Made by a program: the position numbers and the translations under genes. A stretch of 64,000 nucleotides of DNA. Source: Gnetum montanum (taxonomy: Eukaryota > Plantae > Gnetophyta). Under the pieces are notes generated by a model. It did no database searches. It was not told where the DNA came from and saw only the letters and a list, made by a program, of their open reading frames with translations. Below are positions 51,301-64,000 of this stretch, one piece after another (position 1 is the first letter of the stretch; every line of letters starts with the position of its first letter). The DNA lies in assembly GCA_015680685.1 (NCBI GenBank), contig MNCI01003186.1, forward strand, positions 453,068-517,067. Reading direction: 5' to 3'.

Positions 51301-54300
51301 AAGCAGTGTGCACTGAAAATTGAAATTCAAAGATGTTTGTACATGGTATCAACAAAACAAGAAGGCACCCAATGGCTAATAGCTTATTCTAGTAGTAGTA
51401 CATTATGCATGGAACCTACTGAGGGCCTAACTTGTGATTATGTTGCAAGTATGGATGAACTCAAGCAAGTTCATCACTAGCTCTCCAATGGAGTAAATGA
51501 TGATATCAATTGGGGAGAGTTGGAGATTCTTGATAATTTCAAATAAGAACCCCTTGAATTAAAGACATTACCGACCAAAATGGAGTATGTGTTCTAAAAA
51601 AATGAAAGGTCGATCATTATTAATGTCAAACCTGTTATAGGACAAAAGGAGATGTTGATGAATGTTGTGGAAAATTGGTCAGCAGCCTTTGCCTAGTCAT
51701 ATTCTAAGCTTATAGGAACATATCCAAGAATATGCTAGGACAAGATATACACTAACCATACTATTAAGCCAAAATGATAGTTGCAGAAACAATTGAATCC
51801 CAAATTAAGTCAAATTGTCAAATAGGAGATCGAGCAACTCCTCAAGGATAGATTCATCTACCCTATTGCAAATAGTGAGTGGCTTAGCCCACTCATGATC
51901 ATGTACAAGAAAGGAGGAAAATGGTTAGTTTGCATCAACTTTTGGCTACTCAATATGGCAACTTTCAAAGATCATTTTTCATTGCCTTTTTTTGACCAAG
52001 TGCTTGACACCATTTCTAGGCATAGCTATTACAACTTTTTGGATGGTCATAGTGGCTATAACCAAATTCAAATCACACCAAAGGATTAGGAAAAGATGGC
52101 TTTCATAAGTCCTTGAGGAACTTTAGATGTCATTTAGTCTATGTAATGCCCTACCTACATTTCAATGATTAGTTCTTAGCATTTTTCAACAACAAATTGG
52201 TAGTGAGATAGAAATCTTTGTGGATGACTTTTCTACCTATGGAGCTACATTCAAGAAATCCCTAGACCATCTTGAGCAAGTGTTGAGGATATGTGTTAAG
52301 AAAAACCTCTGGCTCAATTAGCAAAAGAGCCATCTTATGATCTAGAAAGACATTATCTTGGGGCATCATATTTCAAAAGCAAAAATCGAGGTAGACCTTG
52401 AAAAGGTAAGGGTCATCCAAGGAATAACTCGTCAACTAGAAATAGTTAAAGAAGTGCGATCATTCTTTGGTCATGCTGGCTACTACTGATAATTCATTGA
52501 GAACTTTTCCTAAATTGCCAAACCATTGGTTTAATTAATAAAGAAAGATACACCATTTTTTTGGACCCCTGCATGTGAAATAGTGTTTCAACAACTAAAG
52601 TAGAAGCTTGTTGAGACCCCAATTCTACAAGCACCTGATTGATCCAGGCCATTTCATGTGATGATTGATGCATCAAATTATGCTTTAAGGGTAGTGCCTA
52701 TGTAGATGGATGATCAAAAATGTCCATATTACATTCACTGCATAAGTTGAAGTATCACAGGTGCATAGCTAAACTACACCACTACGGAAAAAGAGTTGAT
52801 GGTAGTGGTGTTTACCTTAGAAAAATTCAAGCACTATGTGCTTGGTTATAAAGTGTTTGTGCATATAGATCATAGCACCATCTAGTTTTTCATGAAAAAT
52901 CCAACAGTGAGCCCCCATGTCATATGGTGGCTCATGATTTTACAAGAGTTCAATCTCACAATGGTAGATTGAAAGGATGTAGAAAATGTGGTTGTGAACC
53001 ACTTATCACGACTAAGATGCGATGAAAAGAAGAAATAGAGCCCCTTATTTGATCAATTTTCTAATGAATCTCTCTTTGCAGGGGCTATTAATGCACAAAT
53101 ATTGAATGAACCAAGATGGTATGACACCATTCTCACTTATCTACTCAAGCAAGAACTACCACAAGGGCTAGACACCCATAAGAAATAACAGTTTCTTTAC
53201 TAGGTTTAGAATTTCATGAAAATCAATGGGAATCTTTACAAAGTATGTCCTGATGGCCTGATACGTTGGTGTGTCTTTGACACAGATCAACTACACGTTC
53301 TCCAATATGCTCACAAAGGCCCTTGTTGGGGCCATTATACAAGGTGATGCACAACCATAAAAAGTCTCATGGTAGGATATTACTGGCCAACAATCTTTAG
53401 GGATGCACACCAATTCATCTGTGCTTGTGATTATTGTTAGAGAGATGGTGGAATTACACTTCTATGGAGAGGCCACAACAATGGATTTAAGCTCTTGAGC
53501 CATTCAATATTTGAGGCATTGACTTTATGGGTCCCATCATGCCTTTGTTAAATAAAAAGACATATATAATAGTCACGGTTGACTATTGCACTAAGTGGGC
53601 AAAAGTAGCAGTTGTCACCAACTATACATCCACTACTACTGCTTTGTGTATACAATAGAATATCATAAATAGTTTTGGTATGCCTTGTGCATTAATCTTT
53701 TACAATGAAACTCATTTCATAGGTGTGAATTTTCAAAAATTTATGCATCACTTGGGGGTTGAGTACAAACTCATAGCACCTTATCACCCTCAAGCCAATG
53801 GTCAAGTTGAAGTCACTAATTGAGAGATTATGAAAATTCTAACGTGCACTATTAGCAAGTATCGAAGGGACTAGGGAACCAAATTAAATGATGCCCTCTA
53901 GGCCTATTGCTTCACATGGAAGCTTCCCATAGGTTATTCTCCCTATGAGCTCATGTACAAAAAATTACCAACACTGCCCATCCAATCCAACTCCGTACAC
54001 TCTATAGCCTATGACCTTGACATGGATCTAAGTCTAGAAAAAAAGAAAGATTAATGAACCTGAACTTGCTAGATGAAAATTAATTAATGGTCCTATCATC
54101 CAAAAAAATACATAATTCATTCAACAAGAAATTCCATGACCTCAAAATAAGGAAAATCAAGTTTCAACCAAGAGATAAGGTTCTCTACTAGAATCCTGCA
54201 CATGTAGCTCAATGAACCAAATTTCAAAAATCATGGGAAGGACCTTACATTATCAAAGAGACTTTTCCATTTGGGGTCATGATTATATATAAACCTAATA

Positions 54301-54390
54301 GCCCACATAAGAAGCAATTAGTCAACATCCAACAACTAAAACCTTTCCATGAGCCCAAGCCAACCAACTTAACAGACACCTCGCTAGATG
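48310..54390 (+). pseudogene. gag-pol pseudogene of element A
   Basis: gag core ~49150-49700; zinc-knuckle-like CDICQYEH ~50050; protease ALLNSGSSFNLI ~50885 and IIMGRAWL; RT FLDGHSGYNQIQI and IFVDDF (52217-52228); RNase H DASNYA/YTTTEKEL; integrase GIDFMGP, YHPQANGQVE, WEGPY. Many TAG/TGA/TAA stops. Confidence 0.9.
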
Positions 54391-55689
54391 GACAACCATG
54401 CTCATCTTTTGGATCTCTTCCTTCTGACTTCATCATGGGGGAGATGGTCATCCATACTAACATTTTAAGAAGCTTCTTATTCTTTTGACTTCTTTTTTTT
54501 TTACACATTTTTGGTTTTACAACTTTTGTTTTCATATTCTTGTTTTACATCTTTTTATTTTTTAGGTTATTAATCTTTTCTAAGTTTTTTTTTTTACACT
54601 GATGAGCTATGATATTGCGTACGTGATATTGCATCCACTATATTGCATCCACCACATGATATCGCATCCACCACACAATATGACATATGCGATATCACGT
54701 CCTGCCTCATTTTTTATAAATAAGTGGTGGCACCCTTTGTTCTAGATGGTTAGACTTAGACCCTTAACCAAATCCTTGCAGTTTTACCATTCCAGAGTTA
54801 GAATAATTTTTGTATGCCCATAGTAGGAGTCATAGAGTGAACGGATCTTTATTCGAGCAAATTGTACTGAGCACACATTTTTGTATGGAAATAAAGATGA
54901 AATTTATGATAAACTTTGTAGTATATGGACTAAGCTAATTAGTAATTAATTATTGCTGAATGTTTAATGAATTCCTAGTTAACTAATCTCTCTCTTAACC
55001 TTTGAATCTCTTAGTTAAGTACACTTAGTACGACCGCTTCAAGCATGTGTGTAGCACTTGGTCATCTAGTAACGACTAGCATTTGGTAATCCTAACAGTG
55101 TTGCATTGGTTCAGGATGTGTACGACAAGTGGGAATGGATACTAGTGTTAGGAGTAATTAGAACTTAGTTAGCGAATAGTTAATGTGAGCTAGTCACTTA
55201 GTTCTCTTTACCTTCCCCTTATTAGCATAAGACATTTAAAAGATAAAAGTTATAAAAATCATATACCTCAAGCTTACTTAACCATATAACTGTGACAATA
55301 CAAGTAATTTTTGGAAGACAACGATTGATTAACCCTGACTGTTCCAATAAGGCATGCAAGCACTTAGTCCTTGGAGTTCGATCAGATCGAGCATGAAATG
55401 CTCGTATTTGTATGGTTTGATGTAGGGGTACCTCGCCACTCATCATTGGCATCGTTGTCAGGGACTTAGTTGTTTCTACACTATGTAGAACATAGGAAAT
55501 CATCCATATCATTGGAATGCTAGAACAAACCCTTAGGATTAATCAAAGGAAGATAAGACAGTGGTACATCGCACACCGAACAAGACAAAAATGTCTTCTT
55601 CTTTGCATAAGAGCACTTCACTGCCTAAGACTAACATAAGAGACAATCGGCTGCATAATACACGTAACCAAGATCTGCCAGTTCCTCAA

Positions 55690-58600
55690 TAGTTTTATGT
55701 GGTATATACTCATCATGATGAGTATGTACCCGATTTCACCATTATTCTCCACCAAGATGAACAACTATGTTGGAGAGACTTGGAGGGTAATATAGTATTA
55801 CCTCTAGATCGATTAGTCCCCAACATGTTCCTTCGTGCTCTCACACAAATAGGCATGCTGCTTTTATACGCAGAATACATTGTATGCAATCATGACACAA
55901 GGGACTATCATCCCACAAAAGCACAACGTCAAATGGACTTGCAACAAGAGAGTTACCACACATCCTTGAAAGGTAAATGACCCCATAACACTCCGTATGT
56001 CTTAAGAGAAATTAGGGGTGGTGAACCTACTTCAACAATTTTTCCACCAAATTATGTTCTCCCTCCTAACAATGGTTAGGAGATGGTGTATCAAAACCTC
56101 CACTCCATGGTTCACAACCCTGGTTCTGATACCCACGAACACGAAGTGTTCAACGAGGGAACATGAACACATGATAAGGGTGAATGTTCTAATCGTAATC
56201 ATGAACAAGGTCGAGATCATCGAAGAGAAGGTAGAAAACACCATCATGGTGATGGTTCTCCTTCTTCTTCACCTTCATCATCACCTTCACCCTCTCCTTT
56301 AGTGTTTGAATGCAGTCATAGGAAAACCAATTGTGAGGATAAAGGGAAAAATAGTGAGAAACATCGATGAGATAGTCGAGAACAAGGACTAGGGCACTCT
56401 AAGGAATCAAGGCATAGAAGAAGGGAGAGTAGGGAACCGTATAGACACCATAGATGCTATGAATGAGATGATCATGAAGAACCCCTACTCGCAACTAGAA
56501 GCATGCTAGACATAACGGAGGTCATAAGAGTTCCAACAAGGCACCAAAAGGATAGTAGGATCAAGAGGTTAGACATGATCAACATCCCATGGTTTGAGGG
56601 GGATACAACGCTGATCCTCAAAATCATTTACAAGCATTCCACAATGCATGTGCCTTGCAAAACATAGAAAACAAATGGCAAAAAATGAAGTTGTTCATAA
56701 GGACACTAGTGAAAGAAGCTGAAAGCTGGTACTAGTCCTTAGAACCGGAATCCATTCGGAGGTGGAGTACAATGTTAGAACTGTTCAATGATAAGTACCA
56801 AAGGTACTCCTAAGTGTCTAACTTGTGAAAGAAAATCCAAGGATGGAAGCAAGGAAATCATGAACCCTTGGATGCTACCATGAGCCACTATTACGCACTA
56901 TTACATCGTTGCCCTAGCCATGGTTATTCATAGCAGGATCAACTACGCCATCTCGTGAATGGACTTAGGCATGAAACACGGAGAAACCTTGGGACATATG
57001 CCCAAGGAAGATTATCAGAGCTTAGGTCTCATCAAATTCATAGATTACTAGAGCAAGTAGCCAAGGAAGAAGGTGAGTTACGAAACAGAGAAAGTGCAGA
57101 AGAGTACAACCAAGATCCTTCCCTCCAAAAAAGGGGAGTGAGATTTTGTGAGGAGGAAGAAGAGTCACCACTTGAAGAGATGGTGAATAGGAAAACTTTG
57201 CCACTCAAAAAGTTAACAATAGAAGTATCAGCAAAGGTAGACCAAATGTGGGATTCTCTGGATAGTAGGTTTGAAACTGTTCTTAAAATTGTAGAGGAGT
57301 CTAGGGAGTGAGGTAGTGACCATGACAAAAATAAAAAGAGAGAAGTGGACAATGCACATAACAAGGGTAAGGGCAAAATGGTCATCACCGAAGATGTTGT
57401 GGATTCAAACATGGACAATGATGGTGGATGTGATATATGCCAATATGACCATCATAAGGGATGTTTCCCAGTAATCTCACATTTACAAGAGCTTGGGGTG
57501 TATGCACTAAATCCATGACTTAATAGATGAAAAGCACTCCAAAGGTTACCTTATCCCCAAGTTAACCCAAGGTAGTTCCACCAATCTACAACTTATTATC
57601 CAAGTGGAACTCCACCACAACCCGTTGAGCAACATCAACAGTGGCAATACCCACAGTCATGGGGGATGCACCACCAATGCAACAATACCCCTACCAGCAA
57701 CTGGACCCATATGGCTACTACATACAACATCCAATCTCTCCAGGTGACTCTGTTGGTCATGTTACACCACAACATCACTACCAAGTTTGGGAATATTTTA
57801 GAACCTCTTCTCGTAGGGGAGATAACCCACAAGCATACTATCCTTCAAATCCATCCACAACTCTCACATCGATAGCTCCATTACCACCTGCTCAAGTAAT
57901 GCAAGGGGAACTTCGCACTCAACCATAATAATGCAATGCCACAAGGGCTATGAATCCTCAATCCATAATTGGTTTTGACAACCTTATTAAGAAAAGACCT
58001 TTCTTCAGAGTCAACAGCCCAACCATGCCATCACAACCACAAGCGATTGAACCTTTGAACATCTCTCCATCAAATAAGGCTTCAAAGCTCCCTTCAAATC
58101 AAACACCAAGATCAACGCATATGGTTATGTTAACACAAGTCGTTACTGACTGGATTAAGTTGGGCCACCTTCCCAGAAAATTCTTTGATCCCAGAAGCCC
58201 TCTAATCTATCTCCAAGTTGCTAGGAATGAACCATGTAAAGCTCTTCTAGAATCAGGTTCTGGAGTCAACTTAATATCACAAGAGATGTACAAATCCTAG
58301 AACCTTCCTACATTAAGGAAGAGAAATATTCGCCTAGAGCTAGTTGACCAATCCATCACTGTCCCTTTGGGACTGGTGGAGGATGTCGTTACCACTATGT
58401 GTGGGTGGTCGTACCTAGTTGATTTCCTAGTGATACAAGTAAATAATGATAAAGGGGACTTCCCAATAATAATGGGAAGGGCATGGCTAAGTACTGTAGA
58501 TGCATTCTTAGGAATTTGCAATCTTTCCATGGATATATCTAAGGAGAAAAATTTTGGAAAAGATTGAAAAGAAGAAGTTTCCATGCATCACATACAGTGA

Positions 58601-59000
58601 CACAGGGTGCAATTGTGTGTAGAGATCATGGGTTGTGCAAAGGTTAGAAATTCCTACATGCAACCAGTGTGCACAAGACCTTACCCTACAAAAATTCCTA
58701 TATGCAGTAGCCACATGACAAAGCGACACCTAGTGGCTGATAGTTGATCAAGAAAGTAACTCACTAATGTGCATGGAACTAACTGAGGGAATAACTTGCA
58801 CTCACGTTGAAAGCACAGATGCACTGGAGCAAGATCATTGCCAACTTCCAAACCTTAACCTATTAAAAAAAATTAGGGGAAGTTGGAAATTCCAAAAAAA
58901 ATCAAACAAAAACCCTGATAAGAGAATACTAGTCAATGTGCAACAGACCAAACCCTTCCATGAACTTAGACCAGTCAGTGCACATGCTACCTCTGAGAAG
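55690..59000 (+). pseudogene. gag-protease pseudogene of element B, fused to an integrase C-terminal remnant
   Basis: Collinear with element A gag (NGLRHETRRNLG, CDICQYDHHKGC) and protease (ALLESGSGVNLI, IIMGRAWL), then jumps to LVNVQQTKPF, which matches the INT end of A (LVNIQQLKPF). Confidence 0.85.
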
Positions 59001-59344
59001 GGACAACCTTGCTCATTATTTTGGGTCTCCTCCTTCCCACTCAGTCATGGGGGCGATGGCCACCTTTGCTAATCATTGAGGCCCTCAGTTCTTTTTTTTT
59101 TTAAGTTTTTTTCTTACACATTTTTTTTTACAAATTTCTTTAACTTTTCTTGTTTTTTTTTGTAACATCGTTTATAATTTTTCATTTCTTTGTATGTTTA
59201 TTTTTTTTGTTAGTTCTTCACCTAATAAGTGCTCCTAATGATGGTATGAATTGTATTCTATTGATTGCTAGTGTTTGGTTTTTACCTTAAAGTTGTAATG
59301 TTGACACTAGGGTATGGTTGTTTTGATATAATAGGCAATGAGTC

Positions 59345-60310
59345 CACATCATCCATGCATTCATGAATTTCTATGTCTCCCTTGGCTTGGAAGTGTACAA
59401 TCTCTTTCTTAATAATAAAACTATTAACGAATTGGTGATTGGGCATTTCTCAAACTAAGGAAGGACTCAAGGATTGAAAAGGGTATGAATTCAGGGGGAT
59501 TTGGTGCATTTTTGCTGGCCATTCTCTTGGGTGCTTGGATGTTTTCTTATTAAGTTTTTTTTATCATTATGACATTGCTCTATTATCAAGAAGTTGAGCT
59601 AATAAAAATAATAAGTATTTGCATGGTGTGGTTCTCTCATAAAACAAAAAAAAAAGGAAAGAAGAGAGAAGAAAGAAAAAGTGAGAATTCAAAGCATACC
59701 CTTAGACAAAATAATCATCTGGGCTACAAGAACTAGTTATGGAACTAAAAAAACATGTTCCATATAACTAAGAGCCTCTCTTGCTTCCTAATTTTCCCTT
59801 TCTCATTTCCTTAGAATGGTGGTGACTTTTTGGTAAAAGCATTCTTGTTACTCCAGGTGGATGGATCGACCAAGCGTATTAATGCGAAGTCGTTGGATGT
59901 GGATTGTTTGAGGATGGATTTGGAATGAGATCTACTAAGTTACATTAACCATAAATACACAAGGGGTTGTACACCACCTTGTTCTTGGGACTCCATTCCA
60001 TTCTTTTCTCTTCTTCCCATTATTCTTCCTCCACTTTCCACCTCATTGCCGGTTGTATCAGTAGTCTATATGTTAGTTAATGCATTGTTGTATTTTTGGT
60101 AAATTCTTGTGGTTAAGACTTTAACTCTTACATATGAATGACATTTTCCATAGCCTATGGACTCTTTGAATGTGGGTTTGTCAAGGCATAAAGGGCATGA
60201 GCCTACTTTGGGGAGGATCCACTGGCATTCCTATTTGGTGCATCAATTAACTTCTTTTCCTTGAACATTTCCACAATCACCATTTGTTTTGTTCATTACC
60301 ACCTCTAGCA
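59345..60310 (-). pseudogene. Decayed antisense ORF of unknown function in the 3' region of element B
   Basis: Minus-strand peptides MVIVEMFKEKKL, PQSRLMPFMP, KSP*A and HIQRLRINTL align with element A minus-strand peptides. Confidence 0.5.
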
Positions 60311-62019
60311 TCCATTTTATTGGTGTTGCCATTGTTTCTTTTTCTCCATCTTTCTTATTCCTTATCTTTTTCCATTCTATCGCTACTAGAGGATTGCCCT
60401 TGGTCATGGGGGTCCTGGTCCAATTTTTTCAATTTTCTCCTAACCCCTACATCTTGGGTAGTCACCAGTGTTATATCTTGTGAATCCGGATTAGCCATAT
60501 CACACCTCAGCCAATGGCCCATACACCAAGACAAGGTATCAACTACAATATGATTTATTTATCATTGCTAATATGAGACTATGTTGTATGTGCAGATGGA
60601 AATCATACAATCATGGACTAGACCTAGAGAAAACACTTAGGATGGACCGGTGCTGGAACAGTTATGCAAGGAACAAGATTGATGATGTGGTTATAGATGG
60701 ACAACAGAAGGCAAAATCCTAGCATCAGCAGCAACACACCTTCTTCTTTTCTTTTCTTCTCTCTCTCTTCTCTCTTAGTTGCCAAATAAGGCTGGATGTC
60801 AAATGTGTATAGTGTTCACTTTTGTGGTCATGAATACTAATATTGCCATGTATTGTAATGAAGATCCCTTCATGTGTCACCCCCATTCACCATTAGTGTC
60901 ATTCAAGTCAATAATCCCATACCTTCCCAATATTTTGTAAGGAACTCGAGGATAAGTTTTCATTCAGTCATGGGGGTATGATGAGCTACGATATTGCATA
61001 CGTGATATCACATCTACAATATCGCATACACGATATCACGTCCTACCTCATTTTTTATAAATAAGAGGTGGTGCCCTTTGTTCCAGATGGTTAGACTTAG
61101 ACCCTTAACCAAATTCTTGCATTTTTACCATTCCAAAGTTAGAATAATTTCTATATGCCTGCAATAGGAGTCATAGAGTGAATGGATCTTTATTCGAGCA
61201 AATTGTACCTGAGCACACATTTGTGTATGGAAATAAAGATGAACTTTATGATAAACCTTGTAGTATATGGACTAAGCTAATTAGTAATTAATTATTGCTG
61301 AATGTTTAATGCTTTCCTAGTTAATTAATCTCTCTCTCAACCTTTGACTCTCTTAGTTAAGTACACTCAGTAAAACCACTTCAAGCATGCGTGTAGCGCT
61401 TGGTAACCGAGTAACGACTAGCGTTTGGTAATCCCAGTAGCGTTGCACTGGTTCAGGATGTGTACGGAAAGTGGTAACAGATACTGGTATTAGGATTAAT
61501 TAGAACTTAGTTAGCAAATAATTAATGTGAGCTAGTCACTTAGTTCTCTTTACCTTCCGCTTATTAGCATAAGACATTTAAAAGATAAAAGTTATAAAAT
61601 CACATACCTCAAGCTTACTTAACCACCCAATCATGAAAATACAAGTTTGGGAAGACAATGATTTATTAACCCTGAGTGTTCCATTAAGGCACGCAAGCAT
61701 TTAGCCCTTAGAGATCAACCGGATCGTGCGTGAAACACTTGTATTTGTATGGTTGGGTGTAGGGGTAGCTCACCACTCATCATACACCAACGTTAGTATA
61801 TTTAATATTTCTTGAATACTCTTTTACATTTTTTTATATTTTCTTATGTTTGGTGTAATTCTCTACTCTTTTTGCTAATAAATTGCTAGGTATCGTGGTA
61901 ATGTGCTACTCGATGGTGGTATGTATCATTTGTGATTTGATTGTTGATGTCTAGTTTCTAACTTTGAATGTCATTATTGATAACTAGGACATGGTTTCTT
62001 TTCATGTAACAGGCAATGA

Positions 62020-63016
62020 GTCCACATCATCCATCCATCCACACACTCTATGGTTTTCCTTATTTTGGAAACATGTAGTCCCTTTTTCATTCATACAACC
62101 TTAACAAATTTGTGACTTGTGTAGTTTTTGGAATTTCGAAGGAATCACAGGTTCGGATAGGATGTGGCTTCAAAGAGATGTGGTATTCTTTGTGCTTTTC
62201 TATTTTCCTATGTGTGGGGGTGTTCTCATGAGCTTCTCATCATTTCGTGTCATTCCACAATAGGAAGTTGAATAAGTCCTTGCATGGTGTGGTCCTCACC
62301 AAAAGAAGAAGAAGATGATGAGGATTCAAAGCACACCCCTTGGAGAAAATAAATGAGAAAATGCATCGGTCTTTGCATGGTGTGGTTTCCATAAAAAAAA
62401 ATATGAGAATTCAAAGCACACCCCTTTAGACCAAATAAAAGGCACTGGTTATGAGACTTCTCTTGTCTCCTCTAACTAAGGCCCTTTTTCACTTCCTACT
62501 TCTTCTCTAATTTGGAATGATGGTTGGTTGTTTTGTGAGAGCATTCTTGTATCTTAGGGGATGGACTAGTCTTAGAATGTTGATGCAAAGTCACTAAAAG
62601 TGGTTGATTTTGGTCTGGACTAAGGATGGATCCTACCAAGTCATTTAATCACGAACTCCACAAGGAACTTTATGTGATCGTAATTAGGAACCCCAGTCCA
62701 TTCTCTCTCTCATCCAACTATGCTTTTTATGCCTTACCTCATTGCTAGTTTTATGTTTTGATTCAATGTTCTGGTTGGATGTGTTGGGTTTCTTAGTTAG
62801 TTACTTTTGGATTTTTGTACTTAACCTTTTGTAATCATTAATCATCCACGAAGCCCACGGACTCCTTGGTTTGAAGTTATACAAGGGCATAAAAGGCCTA
62901 TACTTGCTTTGGGGATGACCCACTTGTATATCTTTTGATTTGATTAAGTTAAGTTCTTTAACCTTAGACATTTTTATAATCAAATTATTTTTATTTACTC
63001 CATCAATGTCATCCAA
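62020..63016 (-). pseudogene. Decayed antisense ORF of unknown function in the 3' region of element A
   Basis: ORF 62801-63016 (LIIKMSKVKEL, PQSKYRPFMP, RSPWA) plus downstream HF**LCINIL match element B. Confidence 0.5.
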
Positions 63017-63642
63017 TTGTTTGCATCTTCACAATTGATTTTAGTGAATTTTTTCTTTTTATTGTTGTGAATTTCTATACCCTCTTTTTAATATTCCTTG
63101 TGTTAGGCTTTTTCTGAATTTTATGGACCACTTCTTTTACTTAACCCATTTGTCAGTATTCCCACTAACATTATCAAGCAACCAATCTACCACAATCATA
63201 ACTTCACTAGATAAAATCACTAACAAGACAAGGTATTCAACTACTATGTGTTATACTTTATATACTAATCTTTGATTTTGTATTGATTGCAGTGGGGAGC
63301 AAGGACTAGAAGTGGGATTGTCTTCACCAAAGATGATACACCAATAACGCTCATAGGAGATTGTTCATGACTGCTAGATCTCTTCTACCTCTCCTTCACT
63401 CTTCTATTTCCAGGAGGGATTAGATGTCCATTGGATCCAAGGGTGTTCTTTCCTGTTGTCATGAACACCCAACCTTGTACACAATTGTAATGGTATATGC
63501 TAGGGCACTTTTGTATTTGTCTATTTCCTTTGTGTCACTCTGCATGTCAATCAAACATTCCATACTTCCTAATATATTTTTTAAGGGACTTGTTCCTCTT
63601 CTTTTGTACTTAAGGACAAGTTTTCATTTAGTTGTGGAGGTA

Positions 63643-64000
63643 TGGTAAATCATGTTTTGCATAAGCTTTGATATCGGGGTGGCCATGATATTGAGTACAC
63701 GATATAACAACCCAAGATGTGATATTGGGCATGCAATATCAAGGCGTACTCCTAGTTCTATAAATACAACCCTTGGGCATACATATCAAGAATATTTTTT
63801 AAAGTCAAGTAGTGAAATTCTTGTAGTTTGTTCATTCGAGAGTTAGAATATTTTCCAAGTGCCCATAGTAGGAGGTCTAAGTGTAATTAGATCTTTATTC
63901 AAGCATTGATGTACCTAAACACACCATTGTGTTGGCAATAAAGACGAGCTCTTTCATTCATCCTTGCAGCACTTGAGACTTTCTTTCTTTATGCATTTAT
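63643..64000 (+). repeat. 3' LTR of element A (partial)
   Basis: Follows GTTGTGGAGGTA and matches 47240 onward. Confidence 0.88.

Larger units (their letters stand above)
54600..61782 (+). mobile_element. Nested non-autonomous Athila-like element B (7183 bp), TSD TACAC, lacking RT/RH/most of INT
   Basis: LTRs 54600-55445 and 60979-61782 (TGATGAG..CTCATCA); TACAC at 54595-54599 and 61783-61787; PBS TGGCATCGTTGTCAGGGA at 55447-55464; PPT at 60971-60978. Confidence 0.93.
47240..64000 (+). mobile_element. Athila-like Ty3/gypsy LTR retrotransposon (element A), decayed; 3' LTR runs off the window
   Basis: 5' LTR 47240-48086, PBS TGGCACCATTTCCAGGGA (deaminated form of the Athila TGGCGCCGTTGCCGGGGA), gag-PR-RT-RH-INT order, PPT ~63632-63642, and a 3' LTR from 63643 that matches the 5' LTR. 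Confidence 0.9.

Noticed and set aside
54599-54607. CTGATGAG resembling a hammerhead ribozyme core
   Set aside because: It is the last TSD base plus the LTR terminus TGATGAG; no GAAA core or helices were found nearby.

Overview
Repeat-dominated, heavily C>T/G>A-eroded nuclear DNA from a land plant, probably a gymnosperm (inferred from the 5.8S motifs and a ~1 kb ITS1). No intact host protein-coding gene is supported. Bases 1-38570 hold about 1.5 decayed 35S/45S rDNA units with a period of ~26 kb. The first unit runs: a very long IGS/5'ETS (29-30 bp subrepeats, 15 bp subrepeats, eight Pol I promoter-like modules, ~0.5-0.85 kb ETS repeats), a 5'-truncated 18S pseudogene, ITS1, 5.8S, ITS2 and 26S. 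A second IGS/ETS copy follows and is cut off at ~38570. Bases 38570-64000 are a retroelement graveyard: an Athila-like 3' end plus LTR, a LINE endonuclease remnant, tRNA-derived SINE-like copies and a solo LTR with TSD. They also hold a large Athila-like Ty3/gypsy element (47240 to beyond 64000) with a nested, pol-deleted relative (54600-61782, TSD TACAC). Best leads: (1) an inverted IGS block, present in both units, carrying an antisense promoter-like module convergent on a sense one; (2) a break-repair scar made of fold-back synthesis plus in-register telomere repeats; (3) extra coding capacity in the Athila-like family, namely a codon-conserved antisense ORF in the env position, a Cys-rich domain between protease and RT, and an N-terminal domain ahead of gag. 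All alignments were done by eye and boundaries are approximate unless fixed by TSDs.
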